A stretch of DNA of 64,000 bases from Syncephalis fuscata S228 (taxonomy: Eukaryota; Fungi; Zoopagomycota). Positions 14,261 through 27,263 of this stretch are shown piece by piece (position 1 is the stretch's first letter; each line of letters opens with the position of its first letter). The translations under genes and the position numbers were made by a program. Under the pieces are notes generated by a model. It was not told the DNA's origin. It ran no database searches and was given only the letters and a program-made list of their open reading frames with translations. The stretch is taken from positions 248,001 to 312,000 of the forward strand of contig JAHLTZ010000007.1 of the NCBI GenBank assembly GCA_025786725.1, given 5' to 3'.

Positions 14261-15379
14261 AGCAACGGTAAACTAACAACGATCAGAACGACAAGTTGCC
14301 AAGGAATAGCGACGCGAGAAGCACTGCCTAGGTGACGACACCACGTAAATCAAACAAATCGCCAGTGTTACTTGTTATCGCTGCTAACCAATAATGGTGC
14401 CGTAGACAGAAATAACCGATAGTAAGGCCAAGATGGTTATCTATTAGGCACGCCGAGTAATCAAAAAAAATCGGTGGCTGCTAGTACAAAGAAAATAAAT
14501 GGTTTGTTAAAAATAAGAGAAATTGGTGACGTATGAAGCAAGGGAAAAGTTGATTAGCAATGTCTGTTCGTTTTTGCGGCGCATTTAAAAGTTGATCGTG
14601 CCGGAATCACAACATTCTTGTGGTGTACAGCGTGTATGATTTACCTGTTTGGGAATCCTAACCCCATTCGCTAGAATGCATATCCCCAACAGGACTCATG
14701 TGGTACACCACGTGATTGATAAGTACTGGATCATTGTCTTATATGCGAAACATGAATGAAGTCCGCTATCAGCGCAAAAAAATTCACAAAATATAAGTGA
14801 TATCACTATTCTATGTGGGTAAAATAATACGTAGATAACTTACAAGGAGCTACTATACTTGGACTCCCACATTTTTATTTACTCATTTCGTCATATTTTC
14901 TTAATACTATCTTATTGTTTTACTCAGTAATATATATGTGATAATGTCAAATATAACAATATAAATAACATGCATATTTTAACATCAATAAAAACACTAT
15001 TCAATTCCTAGTTTTTACTTCTCTTATCTAAATTAACACCTGTTCAAGTAACCTCAACGGCATGCTGTATATTCTGGTTACAACTGTCACCACAATATCT
15101 TTCTAGTGAAGACACTCAACCTATCATTATTGCATATGGTGGAGACAGATTTGCTTCATCAATGGTCGGCAAATAAACTGCGCCTACAAGTTGATATCAA
15201 GAATGCTCAAGAGAATAGCGAACATTAGAAACGCTAGTCATCCTACCTTTTTGTCACCATAGACGGGTATTTTACATCGTAAATATACCCAAATGCTACA
15301 GTAGAAGATTGAAAAATAAAAGAGTCCATTCAGACACAAAAAAACCACGCTGTACGTAGTAACAACAATAACAGCTGGG

Positions 15380-15570
15380 GAACGATATGGAATCGCGATT
15401 AATGGCTTTTATTAATAATTGGTCAATCTTTCTACGCATAGCCAACAACAACAATGATCGGCCTTGTGGATTTCAAAGTAGTTAAATGAACATTATAACT
15501 GTGTTTGTTGTGCATAACAGCATGACTTTAATTGGAACGAATTTTGCTTAGAGGACTCGAAATGTGAGTG
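15380..15570 (+). repeat. Dispersed non-coding repeat; second copy at ~36510-36745
   Basis: Shared blocks atggaatcgc..., tcaatctttctacgcata(g/a)ccaacaacaa, ttgttgtgcat, atgactt and tggaacgaattttgct...gaggact in the same orientation. Confidence 0.7.
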
Positions 15571-15889
15571 TCAAAGTACAGTTCAATCATTACTTGCTAG
15601 AATAATAGCGGTATAGAATTGATTGGTGTATATTTAAACAATGAATCTGCTAGCACAACTTAGCAATCCTATTAATACCGATTAAAATTGTCTTATTTTG
15701 TTAAGGATAACCATACTAATAGCTTTGATAAACCAAGATAACTTTATTTCTATATTTGATAATTAATTATATTTGCGTAATCAAACTAGACATTTGTTCT
15801 ATTGAAGATAGACTAAGTAGTAGTGATATCAGTCATCAAATATAGTACTTTGCATGCTTTACAGTAACAATAAAATGGTCTAAAATTAT

Positions 15890-16872
15890 GAAAATTTACC
15901 AAAATGCACCGTTTTATTTTAGATTTTCCAAATTATCTAGTTGCCTTTGTCACAAATATATCGTTAGAAGTCTTTTAACAAATAAAACACGATCGGCATT
16001 GCTGTTAATATTGCTAAAACGAACTAAATTATGCAAGTAAGCAAAACTTTAAAATAAATTTATTGCATTTATTACAATTAACTTTTTTTCCTATCAGGGA
16101 TTTTAGCTTTGTAACTCATTATTCAATAATACTGTAAATACACAATACTGCTACTCAAGTAATAATAAAAACGCCTTTTTAATCCAATTCATTTTAATTT
16201 ATTAGCAGAATTTATACAATTACAACCTTTGTTATAAACATGCTAATTTGATTTATTGGTATAAGTTAAAGTCATTTGATATTAATAATATTTTTATTAA
16301 ATTGATATTAAAACATATGATTAAACTACTATTTCTATTTCTTTTGTACTTTGGTTACTTGGTCAATGCTACATTATTTATTACTATTTTTGTAACAATG
16401 TCATTCTTTTTTATTAAATTAAAAGCAAATCAAGCCTTTGTAATAAAAATAATAACATTTATTAAGCTATTACAATTGCTAATGTATATTAAATAATTAA
16501 ATATGTACTTAATGCTTTTATTTGTACATCTTTGGTTTTACAGTTGAGAATGTAGCAACATCATTTATAATATATCTAGTAATAGGTTCAATAGTACCAT
16601 TACCAGAATCATATGAGCAACAATCAAAATGTTTAATACTGCATTGAAAAATCTTTACTAGGTCAGTCTTTTGCTTTCTGACAAGCAATACAAACTGGTA
16701 TTTGCTGCTGAAATGGTCTTTATAAAAACAAATGATTATTTTTTTGAACTACTTTTTTTCTTAAAATTGCAATTGTTACCAAGCCTAAACTTGTCAACGG
16801 TAACTCTCAGTTCTTTGATACTGGTAAACATAGCTTTTTTAAATAATTTGGTAGACATTTGGTAAATTCCCC
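15890..16872 (-). mobile_element. Decayed, internally deleted MULE (Mutator-like) relic related to the element at 58983-61358
   Basis: The reverse complement of ~16590-16858 reads atgtctacc...aaagctatgtttaccagtatcaaagaactg...gaccatttcagcagcaaatacc...ggtaatggtactatt, aligning with transposase start 59215-59490. Many stops; short imperfect inverted ends (aatttaccaaa). Confidence 0.8.
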
Positions 16873-16874
16873 TT

Positions 16875-17250
16875 TATTTTAGGCCAAATATAAGTATTGA
16901 TATTAAAATTTTCTAAAATTGTAAAATTTTAATTATTTTTCGTTAATTTATACGTAAACTGCATTTTTGACTAACATTTGTTGCAAAAATCATTGTTCTA
17001 AATCTTATACCAAACGGTACAGCTTAGCATGGGGAACTCGAATCTGCCAACTATTTTGCTGCATTTTACTTATACAAGCCATAAATAGTAAAAAACTGCT
17101 ATTTTTGCACATTTATTAACGTATTATCACTACCATTACACTATCACGCTATGTAATTGCGGTATACTTTGTCAATAGCTACCTATATGTTATACACACA
17201 CTTATGCGAAGTATCAGACAGTTTGCTTTATTATATGTAAAGTTATAGGC
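16875..17250 (+). repeat. ~300-bp dispersed repeat family, copy A
   Basis: Nearly identical to 57965-58262 and 58300-58590 (direct) and to 57541-57845 (inverted): tgcatttttgactaacatttgttgcaaaa...gcatggggaactcgaatctgcc...gctacctatatgttatacacacacttatgcgaagtatc. Confidence 0.9.
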
Positions 17251-18161
17251 AATATTGTTACAATAATATTATAATAATAATGTGATTAATGACTAAGCAA
17301 CAGGGAGAAGAGAGAGATGAGAAAAAGAGAAAAGAGATAGAGAGTAGATAAAGTAAACGACTTAGTCAAGTATGGTAATAGCAATGAAATATGATTATAT
17401 TAGTAACACTTATTCCAAGTATGGCTATAAGCTGTAATTCATACAAAAAGTCTCAAATGTATAGTTCTGATAATTCAAACTATAATAAAATTGGAGTAAA
17501 AAAAGTAGGTTTTTCATTATTATTTTGGTATTACTAAGTATTTATATGAACGATATAGTTTTAATAAAAGCTATACCAAAGATCAGTGGTGGGAATGTGT
17601 GTGTTACGTACAAAAGTTTGTCGAAATGCAAACTGAAACTCCTTAATTTACGAAGATTAAGTAGCTGTAATAACACAATTTGAAATAAGCATAGTAATCA
17701 AATTGATAGAGAAATACAATTTGAATATGTATTTAAAGCCAACCACTTTATCAATTGAAGAATTAATATTAAATGTATATAAAAATAAATATCATATAAA
17801 ACATCAACTGCTTAAGCCTGATATTTATATGAGTATTCACAAGATTAAAAGAAATGATTAGTCTACACAAGTAAGTAGTTTGATCAGTTAACACATCACT
17901 TATTGTGCAAGTGATGCTGTCATGTCAAGTGTAATTATTTGAACAATTTATATACAATTTTACACTTTCGTAATACCATTCGTTTGGGCGCACATCCTTA
18001 CGCGAATAAAATGGCGCAACATGTGTTAAGCGACGCTATTTCATTGGTCTCAACACGTCCTAATTCGCAAATCATAAACGAATATCTACTATTAATACAA
18101 AAAAGTTTTTGTTTACAAGAGCTAAATGACATTTATTGATAACTTTATCGGCCCATCGCAA

Positions 18162-19190
18162 CTAGTCACTGTCTGACACGTCGTCTGGATGTTCAGACGC
18201 TGGCACTGGACTCAAGTGTGCTTGATCAGTAACACCGCATTTCCCTTGCCTATACAGCCCGCTCAGATGTTCTTCGATAAGCCTTGCATTTTTCATATTG
18301 GATTTGTGTGCAATATCTAAGAAAATGCCAATAACCGGAATTAAACCAAGCTAATTAGAATGCATTAATAAATTGGTTTGTTATGATATATATATATATA
18401 TATAGTTCTGTAGTTAGCCTATTTCGCCAATACTTACTGCAGTGTCAACAATAATATTGGTATACATTCGTGATACGAGATCTGGTGGTAGATGCCATTG
18501 CTTTTGTGCCTTCCGCACAAGTGCTAAAGACAAGCCGGCACCGGCAAAGTCTCCAATCACAGGAATAAATCCTAAAATGGCGTCGGCCCCGACTCGACAG
18601 CATCCGCAGCAAATGCGTCGTCCATCAAGCCACTGTGCATTGTTAACAAACGCTTTAAAATAGGGACGATCGTTAGGATGAATGTTTGAGTAGCGTTCTC
18701 GTGGTCGAATACGGCGCCAAACATTCCAGGATCGAGATCGAGGCGCTGAAACATGTTCGATACTCGTTGAGCGTGCCATACGATTCTTCGGCACAGTTGA
18801 GATAATTTGTGATTCTTCTTGTATTTGAAAACGAGATGATGATGGGCCCCCAGCATGAGCTACGAAAGGTAAATTGTCTTCATGTCCTAATGTTTTATTA
18901 GGTGCGTCACGCGTAGAGACAACCTGCTGTTGAATATCATGGCTACCATCGTTGTGTTCACTTGCGTTATTTAAAGAGCCCGATTGAGTAGCACTATTCT
19001 GGTTAACATCAGATTCTTGCGATAGGGCACTTATATTGCGTGAATGGCCAATACTCGGCGTGATTGAAGATCTTGTGGCAAGCGCATTGGATTGCTCATG
19101 GTCAGCAAGCATAGGAATATTTACAGTCGAAGTATCATCGGTAAGTACCCCGACACTTCTACGCTTTTTTCTGCGAAACCAATTAGGCAT
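18162..19190 (-). CDS. DUF4112-family membrane protein with disordered N-terminus (2 exons)
   Basis: AQWLD...CRVGADAILGFIPVIGDFAG...RMYTNIIVDTA, intron ~18351-18436, then LGLIPVIGIFLDIAHKSNMKNARLIEEHL. TAG at 18162-18164. Confidence 0.85.
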
Positions 19191-20521
19191 AGTGGCTATA
19201 AAAAATAAAGAAAGCGTGATGCAGGAACACAAATGGTATATTTCTATTCATCTACCGCAACAATACTTAGAAACAAATTTATGTAATTAGTTTATAAACA
19301 AATTAGCCAGATTTAATCATTGGTTACGACATCAATCCTTAATATTATAAAAGTTAGTTTCATCTGTAAATCTGCTTTGAATTATTTTCATGCCATTGTC
19401 TTTCGTACCCAACTGATCAAAAATATTAGCTTGTTTATTTACGTGGATTGTTTACAAAATAAAGCCATCGTTATAACGTTGATAGAAAATTTCCATCATA
19501 TTTACAGCACCTCCTTGTTATTGCAATGCCGTCATTTTAAGCACCATTTTAGCTGTATAAGTACTACTTATCAATGGAGATGATAATACATGTTGCACAA
19601 CTATAATTCGTCTATTCTTTCTATTATTAAATATTCATTTTTAAATTTAAATTTATTAATTTATTAACACAGGCGTTGATGTAGCACGTTACATTAACTA
19701 TTTTTAAATCCCTTTGTCGATTGTTCTTGCTTCAACACGTAGAACGTGTTTAGATATAAAACACTGATCTACTATGAATGTCATAACTTAAATTATTTGC
19801 TTTAAAACCCGATTTGAACCGTCAAAACTTTTTAGTGGTATCCAAGTAACTAACTACATCTCAAGACCAACCTGTATTTTCACCATAACAAGGCTTGACT
19901 ACCAGCCTTTGTTGTGAAGCAAATTAGCAAGCGCGTATCGTGATTACCGCCTTGTGTGTTGCCTAAACCACTACTTCATTCAAGAGAACGCCAACATCCG
20001 CAGGCTGCTCCACACTGACAGGGTCGTTGCTAATATTTGCGGGCCGACTACTCCAACCTGGGTTGATTGTTGATTTGTACGTCGCCCTGTCACTAGAGCA
20101 CACTAGAAGAAGACACCTGGCAAACCCGCACACCTACGAGACGCAGGCTTGTCCATGCTGTCGGTGCCCTTGGTGTCCCAGCAGCCACGTCGCGCTTTAT
20201 AAACTTCTTCATTTGTAACCTGTGTCCGGGATCGCCTATAAGTGTTACTCCGTTGGCCTAAACATTCTCTCTACCGTCTATTATACATCTTTTTTGTCCA
20301 TCATCCGCAACATTACCTCCCGATCATTGGCTATCTTTATGCTGTACTCCCTCTGTGCAGATAATTTATTAATATCGGCTAATTGGTAATACATTACCTG
20401 CCTTCCAACACTAAATTACACGTGATTACTGCAGTGCTGCTTAAGTGCATGTTTTACTGTGCTTTTTTGATGTACAAATTTTAACATTACAGCGTTTTAA
20501 ATCTATTTAAATCTATTTAAG

Positions 20522-22435
20522 ATGGGTATGTTTAAAGGTGTTCACACCTTTCACGTGCGTAACTGGCTGTCCTCTCGTCGATCGGATACGACGCCCAATC
20601 AAAGAAACAAAAAACGCCCACCCACCGATGTTGAACCAAACTCATCGTTTGTTGGGGCGCCACAGTTTTCAGGATCCTCCATAACATCGACATTTATCGT
20701 CAATAAGCAGCCTGAAAACGCTCAACAGGCAGATATTCCACCGGCCATTGAACCTTGCGTAGCCGATAGCACTAAACAAAAGACTGACCGTCAAAATCAA
20801 TGTTTAGAAGCAGTAGATAAGCAAGTGTATAAAAATGACACCAAACTGCAACGTGACTGTGAAATAAAAGTAACAAGTCAAGATGTAAAGAAAAATAGTA
20901 AAGTTGCTACTGCTAATAAATACGTAAAAGGCACCAGCATCAATGTGGAAGATTTGCCACTGGCCAAACGGCATCCCAAACTTGTAGAGATGGACAAGAG
21001 AAAGCAACGTACCACACCTAGCCGTATTGATTATTGTACACTAGAAGAAACAATTATGTTGCGCAAAGCATTGATTGGTAAGTCAAATAACTTTAAATCG
21101 ATAATAATATCAACATTAAGTTATTTAGAATTATTATCGAAATCTGCGCGCCATTTATTTGAGTTTTCAACAGACGATTTAGAAATGACAGAAGCAACCT
21201 CTCATTTACCACGGCTCCAATCATTTATAGAACGATTGATTACTATAACACGCCTTCCGTTACACACTATTTGTACGGCACTTCTTTATTTGCTTAGACT
21301 TAAAGAAAAACATCCTGATGCTCAGGGTGGCTATGGGACAGCCCATAGGCTAGCGCTTATTGCACTTATTCTCGCTAACAAATATGTCGATGACTACTCC
21401 TTCGGATTAAGCACATGGCATCATATCTCCCGTCGCTGGTTTACGCATAGCGACATTGTTATTATGGAAGCAGAATTTCTAAGCCGTATTGACTACCGTC
21501 TTGAAGTAACCCGGTCGACTTGGCATGAATTCGTGTCAAAAATCGAACTTCGACTTGATACGTGGCGTAGACGAGAAAAGATTGCCGATACTTGTTGGCC
21601 ATTATTGTCACAAGCTGTAGGACTATGGGAGGCTATGCGACGAGAATGGCCGCTCAATAGTGTCCTTGGCAATTTAGTGCCTACAACGGCTGTTTCTGCA
21701 GATGCGATTGCTGCTAGAACAGCCGCCGTTGCCCATCCTCCAATAGCTGTGCCATGTAGTGGTGGCAGCACCTTTCCAACGCCCGTATCTAACGAGGGCC
21801 ACAGCTCCATCACCACATCGTCCTGGTCCTTCTCTAGCGTATGTTCATCATCGCCTCAATATTATTCATCTACGTCAGCCGGAAATATTCCAAGCGTTAC
21901 TAGCCATAGCTATCAGTTACCATCCTATAAAAGCACCGACTCCGCTAATAGCCATTCAGTACATCCTGGTGGTGTACACAAATTCAAGCGCAACCTGTGC
22001 CCTAAACGCTATCGCTCTGCTCCTATCTCGATGCATCTAGCCTACCAGCCTAGTGGTAATGAGATTTCATTACCTCCCTCATCAATAGCTATGCCACAAC
22101 CAATACCGCCACTCATATTTCCTATGAAAGCTCAGCACTATCCTGTATATTTGCCATCGTATAAGCCAAGAGTAGATCTGAGCGTTCCTGACCTCCCTAG
22201 ACAGCACACGGAAGTGCCTAGTAAATTTATATCGTTATCGTCGCTACCGTCCGAACTCCCTGTACATCTCCCCTCATTGATGACTGTCTCCAAAGCCGCG
22301 CCATTAATGGCGTCAAATACTGGCTTGGCTACCCATACCGCCCAGTCAAAATCACCCCATTATACTAAAGTACCAAAACCGTCTATATCCAGCCTACCTA
22401 ACTCTTCTGAACAAAGCTTTCGTTGGCTGCACTAG
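20522..22435 (+). CDS. Pcl/Pho80-type cyclin (intronless) with low-complexity termini
   Basis: Cyclin box LQSFIERLITITRLPLHTICTALLYLLRLK...HRLALIALILANKYVDD...MEAEFLSRIDYRLEV. Confidence 0.88.
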   Translation: MGMFKGVHTFHVRNWLSSRRSDTTPNQRNKKRPPTDVEPNSSFVGAPQFSGSSITSTFIVNKQPENAQQADIPPAIEPCVADSTKQKTDRQNQCLEAVDKQVYKNDTKLQRDCEIKVTSQDVKKNSKVATANKYVKGTSINVEDLPLAKRHPKLVEMDKRKQRTTPSRIDYCTLEETIMLRKALIGKSNNFKSIIISTLSYLELLSKSARHLFEFSTDDLEMTEATSHLPRLQSFIERLITITRLPLHTICTALLYLLRLKEKHPDAQGGYGTAHRLALIALILANKYVDDYSFGLSTWHHISRRWFTHSDIVIMEAEFLSRIDYRLEVTRSTWHEFVSKIELRLDTWRRREKIADTCWPLLSQAVGLWEAMRREWPLNSVLGNLVPTTAVSADAIAARTAAVAHPPIAVPCSGGSTFPTPVSNEGHSSITTSSWSFSSVCSSSPQYYSSTSAGNIPSVTSHSYQLPSYKSTDSANSHSVHPGGVHKFKRNLCPKRYRSAPISMHLAYQPSGNEISLPPSSIAMPQPIPPLIFPMKAQHYPVYLPSYKPRVDLSVPDLPRQHTEVPSKFISLSSLPSELPVHLPSLMTVSKAAPLMASNTGLATHTAQSKSPHYTKVPKPSISSLPNSSEQSFRWLH

Positions 22436-23086
22436 TCACTTTAGCTTTTAATAACATGCTCATCTGACTTTGCATCTCAGCCCCTATTAAACAATAATAC
22501 TTATTCACATTGCTTTAGAATATAGATTAGAAGCAAGCAACACTATTACTCTAATACTTTTCGTCTGTAAATCACGACTCCACTTAGTATTACTTTGCAA
22601 TTCGATCCTTGCGTTATTATTTAGATTTATCCAATATATTATTAATAAGTCACACACTGAACATGTACTGTACAGGCAAATGGTCTATTAAATATTATTT
22701 ACATGCTTTCCATCATTTGTATTTGTATTTGTATTTTTAATTACAACATGCTATACTATTGTTAAAATAAACACTCCAAACTCACCTACTCTAAGCACAT
22801 TTATTACCCGCCAACACCACGTCCATACCATTTGTAATACCATGATCAGCTATCAAATCACTGATTGGCCAGTATGATATTTATAGCCTTTCACGTGCCT
22901 GTAAATATTACTCAGAGGATTCATTTTACTTCTGTATTGGTATTCTCTTGCCACTCCATTATTTACTGTTAGTTACCATATCACTGCTGTAAATTCCGTC
23001 TTCTCTCCACTTATTCTTGATTCTTATTGGACTTTTCGGCGGCACACCCGCATCACTATCATTCTCTTAAGCATTTGTTGTGCATC

Positions 23087-24704
23087 ATGGTCATGGAAGA
23101 AGCTATCGCCACTGGCGTAGACCAATTCGCAGAAAGCTCGTCCGAACCACGCATTCAACGAGTAAATAAAATTTCCTCAGGCTCGCTGGACGCTTTCGTG
23201 GTCGAAGACGCTGTACCCTCTAATCCTATTGTTCCACCAACGAGTGCTACAGGTGTTTGGCGTTGGGCCACACCAATCGTGTCCAATGCTTTCTTTTTAC
23301 TCATAGCAATATGTATCAATCTACTGGGTCTACTTGTTTATCCGTTTAGATATCCGCCACTGTCAAACCTGCTACCATTCAATGCACTACGCGTGGGACG
23401 CCGTATTGCTAAAGAGATGTTTGGACTGGAACTGACACTTTCTCATCAATGGTTCGCACCGACTGTACTTCATATCACGACCGATAGCCAGCTACCAATG
23501 GAAGAACTGTTTAAACCAGGTAGACAGCCCGGTTCAGGGGGAACTCTCAAGCTACCTCACCGTATTATTATTATAGCAAACCATCAGGTAAATACAATCA
23601 TTATAGCACAAATTAAAAACATTAGTGACAAACTATTAAACTACTATTATTTTTACCAGGTTTATCCAGACTTTGTGTTTATTTGGTAAGTAATTCACGA
23701 ATATTAATAATAGTAATACTAATAACCATTATAACAGGTTATTTACCTACTTGGCAAAAGTACATGGTGCAATGATGATTTTGTTAAAAGATGCATTTAA
23801 AAATGTACCCATTGTTGGCTGGTAAGTGATAAATTATCTACACTAAATATTTAATGCTTATATCTATCTATTTAATATTTAATATAATTGATACTAATAC
23901 CAACAGGGTAAGTAATGAGTTAACTGGATTAAACATCAACTAATACCATTAATACTGATATAGGGAATGCAATTCTTTGATTTTATCTTTCTACGCCGTC
24001 GTTGGGAAGCAGATCGCGAAGAGATTACTAGACGACTTAATTTGATCAAATCAGACTGGGAGCGTAAAGATCCATTAACGGTGTTAATCTTTCCGGAAGG
24101 CACTATTCTAACCGAAAATACAAGAAATGCTATGACAAGCTATGCCAAGAAAGAGAATATTGTAAGTATCGATCAACATGAATACATAACTACTATAGCT
24201 ATTATGAACATTTATTAGACAATACCATTACCAAAACATTGTTTATTGCCACGAGTAACGGGTATTCAGCATATACTACAAGAACTAAGTGATGGCGATG
24301 TTGAGTATTTGTACGACATCACTATTGGATTTGAAGGTGTCGGTCCTGATACGTATCCCAATGAAGTATATACCCTTCGATCAGTATATATGCTTGGTGC
24401 TGCTCCTCCCGGTATTCATCTTCATGTTCGTCGTTGGCATATTGCTACTGAAGTACCACTTATTGATGGTACTGACAAATTTGCCGTATGGCTACGTGAA
24501 CGATGGATGGAAAAGGACGAAGTATTAGATCGATTTTATAAAACGGGTAGTATGAGTGATGCAAAGACGGTGGAAGAACGCACTGCCAATACAGTTATCC
24601 GTCCAGTAGCTGCACATAACTTGTTACTGGAAATGATCCCAGTTGTGCTCGTATTAGTTGTATACGCAATTATTCTACGATTTATCTGCAGTTTGATTTG
24701 GTAA
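23087..24704 (+). CDS. PlsC-family lysophospholipid acyltransferase (Cst26/LCLAT1-like), multi-exon, includes a predicted 1-nt exon
   Basis: IIIANHQ|VYPDF (HxxxxD), PIVGWGMQFFDFIFLRRRWEAD, IFPEGT, LLPRVTG, LYDITIGF, WLRERWMEKD; N- and C-terminal hydrophobic segments. Confidence 0.92.
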
Positions 24705-25447
24705 AAACACAAAGCATGGAGCAATTAATAAACTATTGCACTTTATGCCAATCAATCTATTGAGCTTTTCAATTACTTTTACTATATTGCCGGTAGGAAG
24801 AAAGTGATATGACGTGATGTGTAGTGTATGTAAAGAAAAAGAGAGAAGCGAAAAGAGATAAGAGATAAGAAGAAGCAAATAAGTGGCAGTCTAGTTGGCA
24901 AGTATAGATGATACACGTCGTCATCAATGGTTCTTCTATTGATCCACGTCTAGGCTTGTCCTCTGGTAGAACAATAAAGGTATTCATATAATGAACTGTT
25001 TAATCGCTATACACTACACTACTACGACTGCACGCATTATACGAAAGTTTATGAAGGCAAGCAATAAGCCAAAAAACTATTCAAATACAAGTAGACAACA
25101 CAAAGGCTGGTGATGGTGGTAATAGTGGTGATGGATCGTGTAGAAAGAAAACGTAAAGATTCAAATAAATCGATTCTGTACTATTGGTAATAGTACCAAA
25201 AAATAGAAATTAGTAATTAGTAATTACTCTGTAATAAACATATCAAGATCGATACTAATTACTAAGAGTAAAATACTAAATCAAATAAGGCTATATCAAT
25301 TTTGTCATTGCTATTGTTGTTGTTGTTGTTGTTGTTGTTGTGATTATGGTTATTGATAGCAGTGTTGTTGTTTATAATATCAAAGGGGAAATGAATCAAT
25401 GAATAGTGAATGCAAAAAACAACAATATCGCAATAATCAACAACTGT

Positions 25448-25970
25448 CTATGATTCCACCACCGATGTATTGTTAGCATTGTAATCCGAATTAGAAGCAG
25501 ATAAAGGCGGTGTTTGAGGTGGTGCCAGTGTAATATCTGTACTGCTAGGCTGCTGCTTAGCCAGAAGTGATTGACCTGGCACAAACTCTGGTGCACTCGC
25601 CTTTAACTTGGACTTTGATATAGGATGACTGGTCATAGATTCAGCAGAGGGCCATTTTCCCTGCATAGGATACATGGCTGTCTCTACATCAACCGCATTC
25701 ATGGCTGGCACAGGTCCGGCCATAGGCATAACAGTACCTGGATAGCCATAAGGTGCCATTGGATAAGGATAGCCATAAGCAGCATAATGGCCATGAGGTA
25801 TATGTGATGGTGGTGGTGGTGGGTGTGGTGACCGCATATTAGGATCAAATGGTGCACCTGGTGGTGGTGCAGCAGCTGAAATACACATACCCGTCATTGG
25901 ATCAATCCAGTAACCTGATTCAGTATGAGATCCTGTTGATGTTAATGGTAATGGTGGAGGCATTGGATGC

Positions 25971-26004
<34 letters not shown>

Positions 26005-26932
26005 GCTGTTGCTGTTGTTGTGGCATTGATATAGGTGGATACATCATAGGTGGGGCCATTGTAATAGCCATAGTTGGTGTAGGAGCCGCTGTTGTATAAC
26101 AAAGATTGCCACTAGGCGGTGATGGAGGACGCCAATCACCATTTGGCTCACCTGTCTCGGATAAATGGCCAGAATATGGAGATATAGGATGTGTATGATA
26201 TGACATCATGCCACCTGTAACAACAGCAGTAGAATCAACCGATGAAGGCGATGAAGGGGTACCCGAAGAGAATGGCGGTGGATAGTAACCAGGTACAGTA
26301 GGCGGTACTGCAAATGGAGCAATTGCTGGATGAATATGTGATGGATATCCAGTAGGCATCCAGAAATAGCCGCCTTGTCCATCAGGTACTGGAATATACG
26401 GTAAATGGTTATTGGGCATTTCAGGTGCACTGGCAGGTCCATTAGATTCATGGGCAGCCATTTCTGTAGACACAACTTCCATAGATTGATTAGTTGCTGA
26501 GCTATTTGGTTCAACATCGACTGCATCAGTTGAAATATTAGATTTATTATCCACGGCTATTTCTATAGTCTCTGGCGCTGATGGCGACATTGTCTCGCGT
26601 GGGGGCGTTGGCATCACTGGCTGTCTAGCTCTACGCACCACAGGCATAGCCACAGCCGGACTACTAGCACCTACAGGCAGTTCACCAAACTGAATCACTC
26701 GTCGTACTGAAGACACAATTGGCTCAGTTGTGGCAATACTACCAGCTGAATCCATACTGCCAAAACTAATCGATCGACGCGATCGCTCCGATAAACGGAC
26801 AGGCACGGTCTCAACGTCTGGTTGATCTGATTCAGGTGCATTGCCCTGTGGTGCCGGTATCACTGTAGCATTGATATCAGAAATCCATTCCATGAATTTG
26901 ACAAGACGACGGTTCTTTTGTCTAGTCGACAT
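25448..26932 (-). CDS. Disordered Pro/Gln-rich protein with poly-Q tract and C-terminal PAM2 (PABP-interacting) motif
   Basis: ~494-codon intronless ORF from ATG 26932; poly-Q run of ~18; SKLKASAPEFVPG matches the PAM2 consensus LxxxAxEFxP. Confidence 0.75.
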
Positions 26933-27232
26933 GATCAAGAATAAACGATAGAGATCAAGATGCAGCACCTATCCTTCGTTGACTACACACGCGCAAAGTA
27001 TTGTTTACAGCACCGGCACCAATAACCTCGACAATCAAAGCAGTTATCAATGCGTGGATCTCAGATAACAACAGCAGTGATAACCGTATAGATGACCGGT
27101 GTGAAGTAGTGCCAATGGGGGGAAAGCAAATAGCAATAAGACAAAAACAAAACAAAACAAAAAAATCCACCAAACTAGTATGTTTAGATAAAGTGAAAGT
27201 GAGTAAGTGAGTGAATAAAAGAGAGAGTAGAG

Positions 27233-27238
<6 letters not shown>

Positions 27239-27262
<24 letters not shown>
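27239..27262. repeat. (GT)n microsatellite
   Basis: Uninterrupted gtgtgt run upstream of the PAM2-motif gene. Confidence 0.9.
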
Positions 27263-27263
<1 letters not shown>

